In this document: positions 62,622-64,000 of the stretch, piece after piece | Numbering within the stretch: position 1 is the first letter of the stretch | How the letters are laid out: each line of letters starts with the position of its first letter | Assembly (NCBI GenBank): GCA_965246875.1 | Contig: CBDFFU010000006.1 | Coordinates: 353,938 to 417,937, forward strand | Length of the DNA stretch: 64,000 bases | Source: Alphaproteobacteria bacterium | GTDB taxonomy: Bacteria; Pseudomonadota; Alphaproteobacteria; Micavibrionales; SZUA-601 | Direction of reading: 5' to 3' | Program-made: the position numbers and the translations under genes | Notes under the pieces: model-generated | Databases searched by the model: none | What the model was told of the DNA's origin: nothing | What the model saw: the letters and a program-made list of their open reading frames with translations, nothing else

Positions 62622-62726
62622 GATGGTCTCGCAAGTAAAAGTTAAATCAAGCAGTTCTTCGCTTGTAACCTCTACTAGCAAGATGTGTGCCAATTGCTAT
62701 GTTAAATAATATAAGGGGATATGGTT

Positions 62727-63383
62727 TTAGATGTACTCATCATATTGAGCGGATAGAACAATATCCGCCATGGGCATCCGTTTTTCCTTGAAGTGATCAA
62801 TGACGGCTTGCTCCCCGGCTGCCAATTCAATGTCGGTTGCAATTGAACCCGGGTATAAACATGTCACGGCAATACCCTCGGCTCGCAAGGAGTAACGCAA
62901 ACTGTGCGACAGGCCACGGAGGCCGGATTTGGACGCAGCATAGGCAACGGAATCAGACGGATAATGATCAAGCCCCGAGACTGAGCTGATAAAAATGATT
63001 TTTTTGGCACGGCCTGTACGAATATTGGGCAGCATCGCTTTGCTAATCAGCATGGCATTCGTCAGATTGACATTGATAATATCCACTTGCCTCTGGTCAG
63101 GCATGTCTTCAAACGACGCATCCTCCCATATCCCCGCATTGTAAATCAAAACATCAATTGGCGTTTCGGCTACAGCATCTTTGATGATGTGATGTGCGTC
63201 TAGTGAACGCAGATCAGCTTGAATATTGTTGACCTCAACATTTGCAGTAACAGATGACTCAACCGCCGTCCGCGCAACAGCAAAAACGTGGTCGCCAGAC
63301 ACTGGCAAGCCGTCAACAAATGCTTTACCAAGACCCCGACTGGCACCGATAATGAGATAGTTGTTAGATTGCTTCTCTAGCAT
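62727..63383 (-). CDS. Short-chain dehydrogenase/reductase (possibly C-terminally clipped)
   Basis: GASRGLG, YNAG, SS, YAASK, PG.I.T. Confidence 0.9.
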   Translation of the reverse strand: MLEKQSNNYLIIGASRGLGKAFVDGLPVSGDHVFAVARTAVESSVTANVEVNNIQADLRSLDAHHIIKDAVAETPIDVLIYNAGIWEDASFEDMPDQRQVDIINVNLTNAMLISKAMLPNIRTGRAKKIIFISSVSGLDHYPSDSVAYAASKSGLRGLSHSLRYSLRAEGIAVTCLYPGSIATDIELAAGEQAVIDHFKEKRMPMADIVLSAQYDEYI

Positions 63384-63387
63384 GGAA

Positions 63388-64000
63388 TTATATCAACTTG
63401 ATGTAATTATCTTGTATAACTAGCGCCTGATCATCTTTCAACCCAATTAATGACCCAATTGAATTTTGCGCGGCTGCAACCAGCTTTTGGATTTTCTCAG
63501 CATATTTAGGATTGTCGATATGCGGCATGACGTGAAAATCGACCAGACCCAAGCCGGTGTCATGCGTCAAGTCTGCAGCGGTTGCATTATCCAGATCCCC
63601 GATAAACGAAATCGACGGCCCCGTGACAATCGCACCCGCGCTGCTGCCGATATACCATACGCCGCGTTCCACACAGTCTTTTATGATATGCTCAAAACGG
63701 CAGGCCTGCATCTCTTGCAACAAATAATAGGTGTTTCCACCCGTCACATAAATGATGTCGGCATCCTGTAACGCATCGGCAACCCGGCTCTCGCTCTGCT
63801 CTGCCAAATCATAAACAGTGAGGTTAAAACCAAAATCGGTAAAAGCCTGCATCTCGTCATGCAGCCAGCCCTTTTTATCCGCTGGATACGGATTGGCGGC
63901 GGTCGTAATGCAAACAATGTTGCATTCAGCAGCCGGTTTTTCAAATAAGAAAGCGGCTTTGGCTAAAATCTTATCGGCGGAGGAACACAGTAAAAGCTTT
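63388..64000 (-). CDS. Peptidase E / type 1 glutamine amidotransferase-like (S51) protein, start beyond window end
   Basis: Frame open to the window edge (KLLLCSS...ITTAANP); IYVTGGNTYYL, GSSAGA, GLGLV...PH. Confidence 0.88.
   Translation of the reverse strand, partial: KLLLCSSADKILAKAAFLFEKPAAECNIVCITTAANPYPADKKGWLHDEMQAFTDFGFNLTVYDLAEQSESRVADALQDADIIYVTGGNTYYLLQEMQACRFEHIIKDCVERGVWYIGSSAGAIVTGPSISFIGDLDNATAADLTHDTGLGLVDFHVMPHIDNPKYAEKIQKLVAAAQNSIGSLIGLKDDQALVIQDNYIKLI

Overview
Chromosomal, mostly housekeeping window of an alphaproteobacterium (ccrM, TipN-like gene, split F0 atp operon, smc-dsbA-DUF721-mutY block; the G|NALF pilin-like proteins and orphan genes remind me of Micavibrio-like lineages, which is inference only). 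Core genes: waaA (partial), rimP-nusA-infB...rbfA, gltX, cysS-trmJ, trmFO, tipN-like (broken by a patch of frameshifts), putA, lptD, a DEAD helicase, parE, NAD kinase, pyk, atpI-B-E-F'-F, smc, mutY, ccrM. Two accessory modules stand out. (1) Between infB and rbfA sits a translationally coupled cassette: orphan solute-binding lipoprotein + three divergent Ham1/ITPase-fold genes lacking the SHR specificity motif and all ending in an Ala-Ala (ClpXP-degron-like) tail + a Nudix hydrolase. (2) An about 11 kb type IV filament locus with a lipoprotein secretin, a triple Ig-like/PilP-like fusion, an assembly ATPase, a platform protein and three non-canonical pilins (Gly|Asn cleavage site, no Glu5), two of which share a 595 bp identical block flanking the third. 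No rRNA, tRNA, CRISPR array, transposase or integrase was seen. All calls are by eye from motifs; no database search was run.
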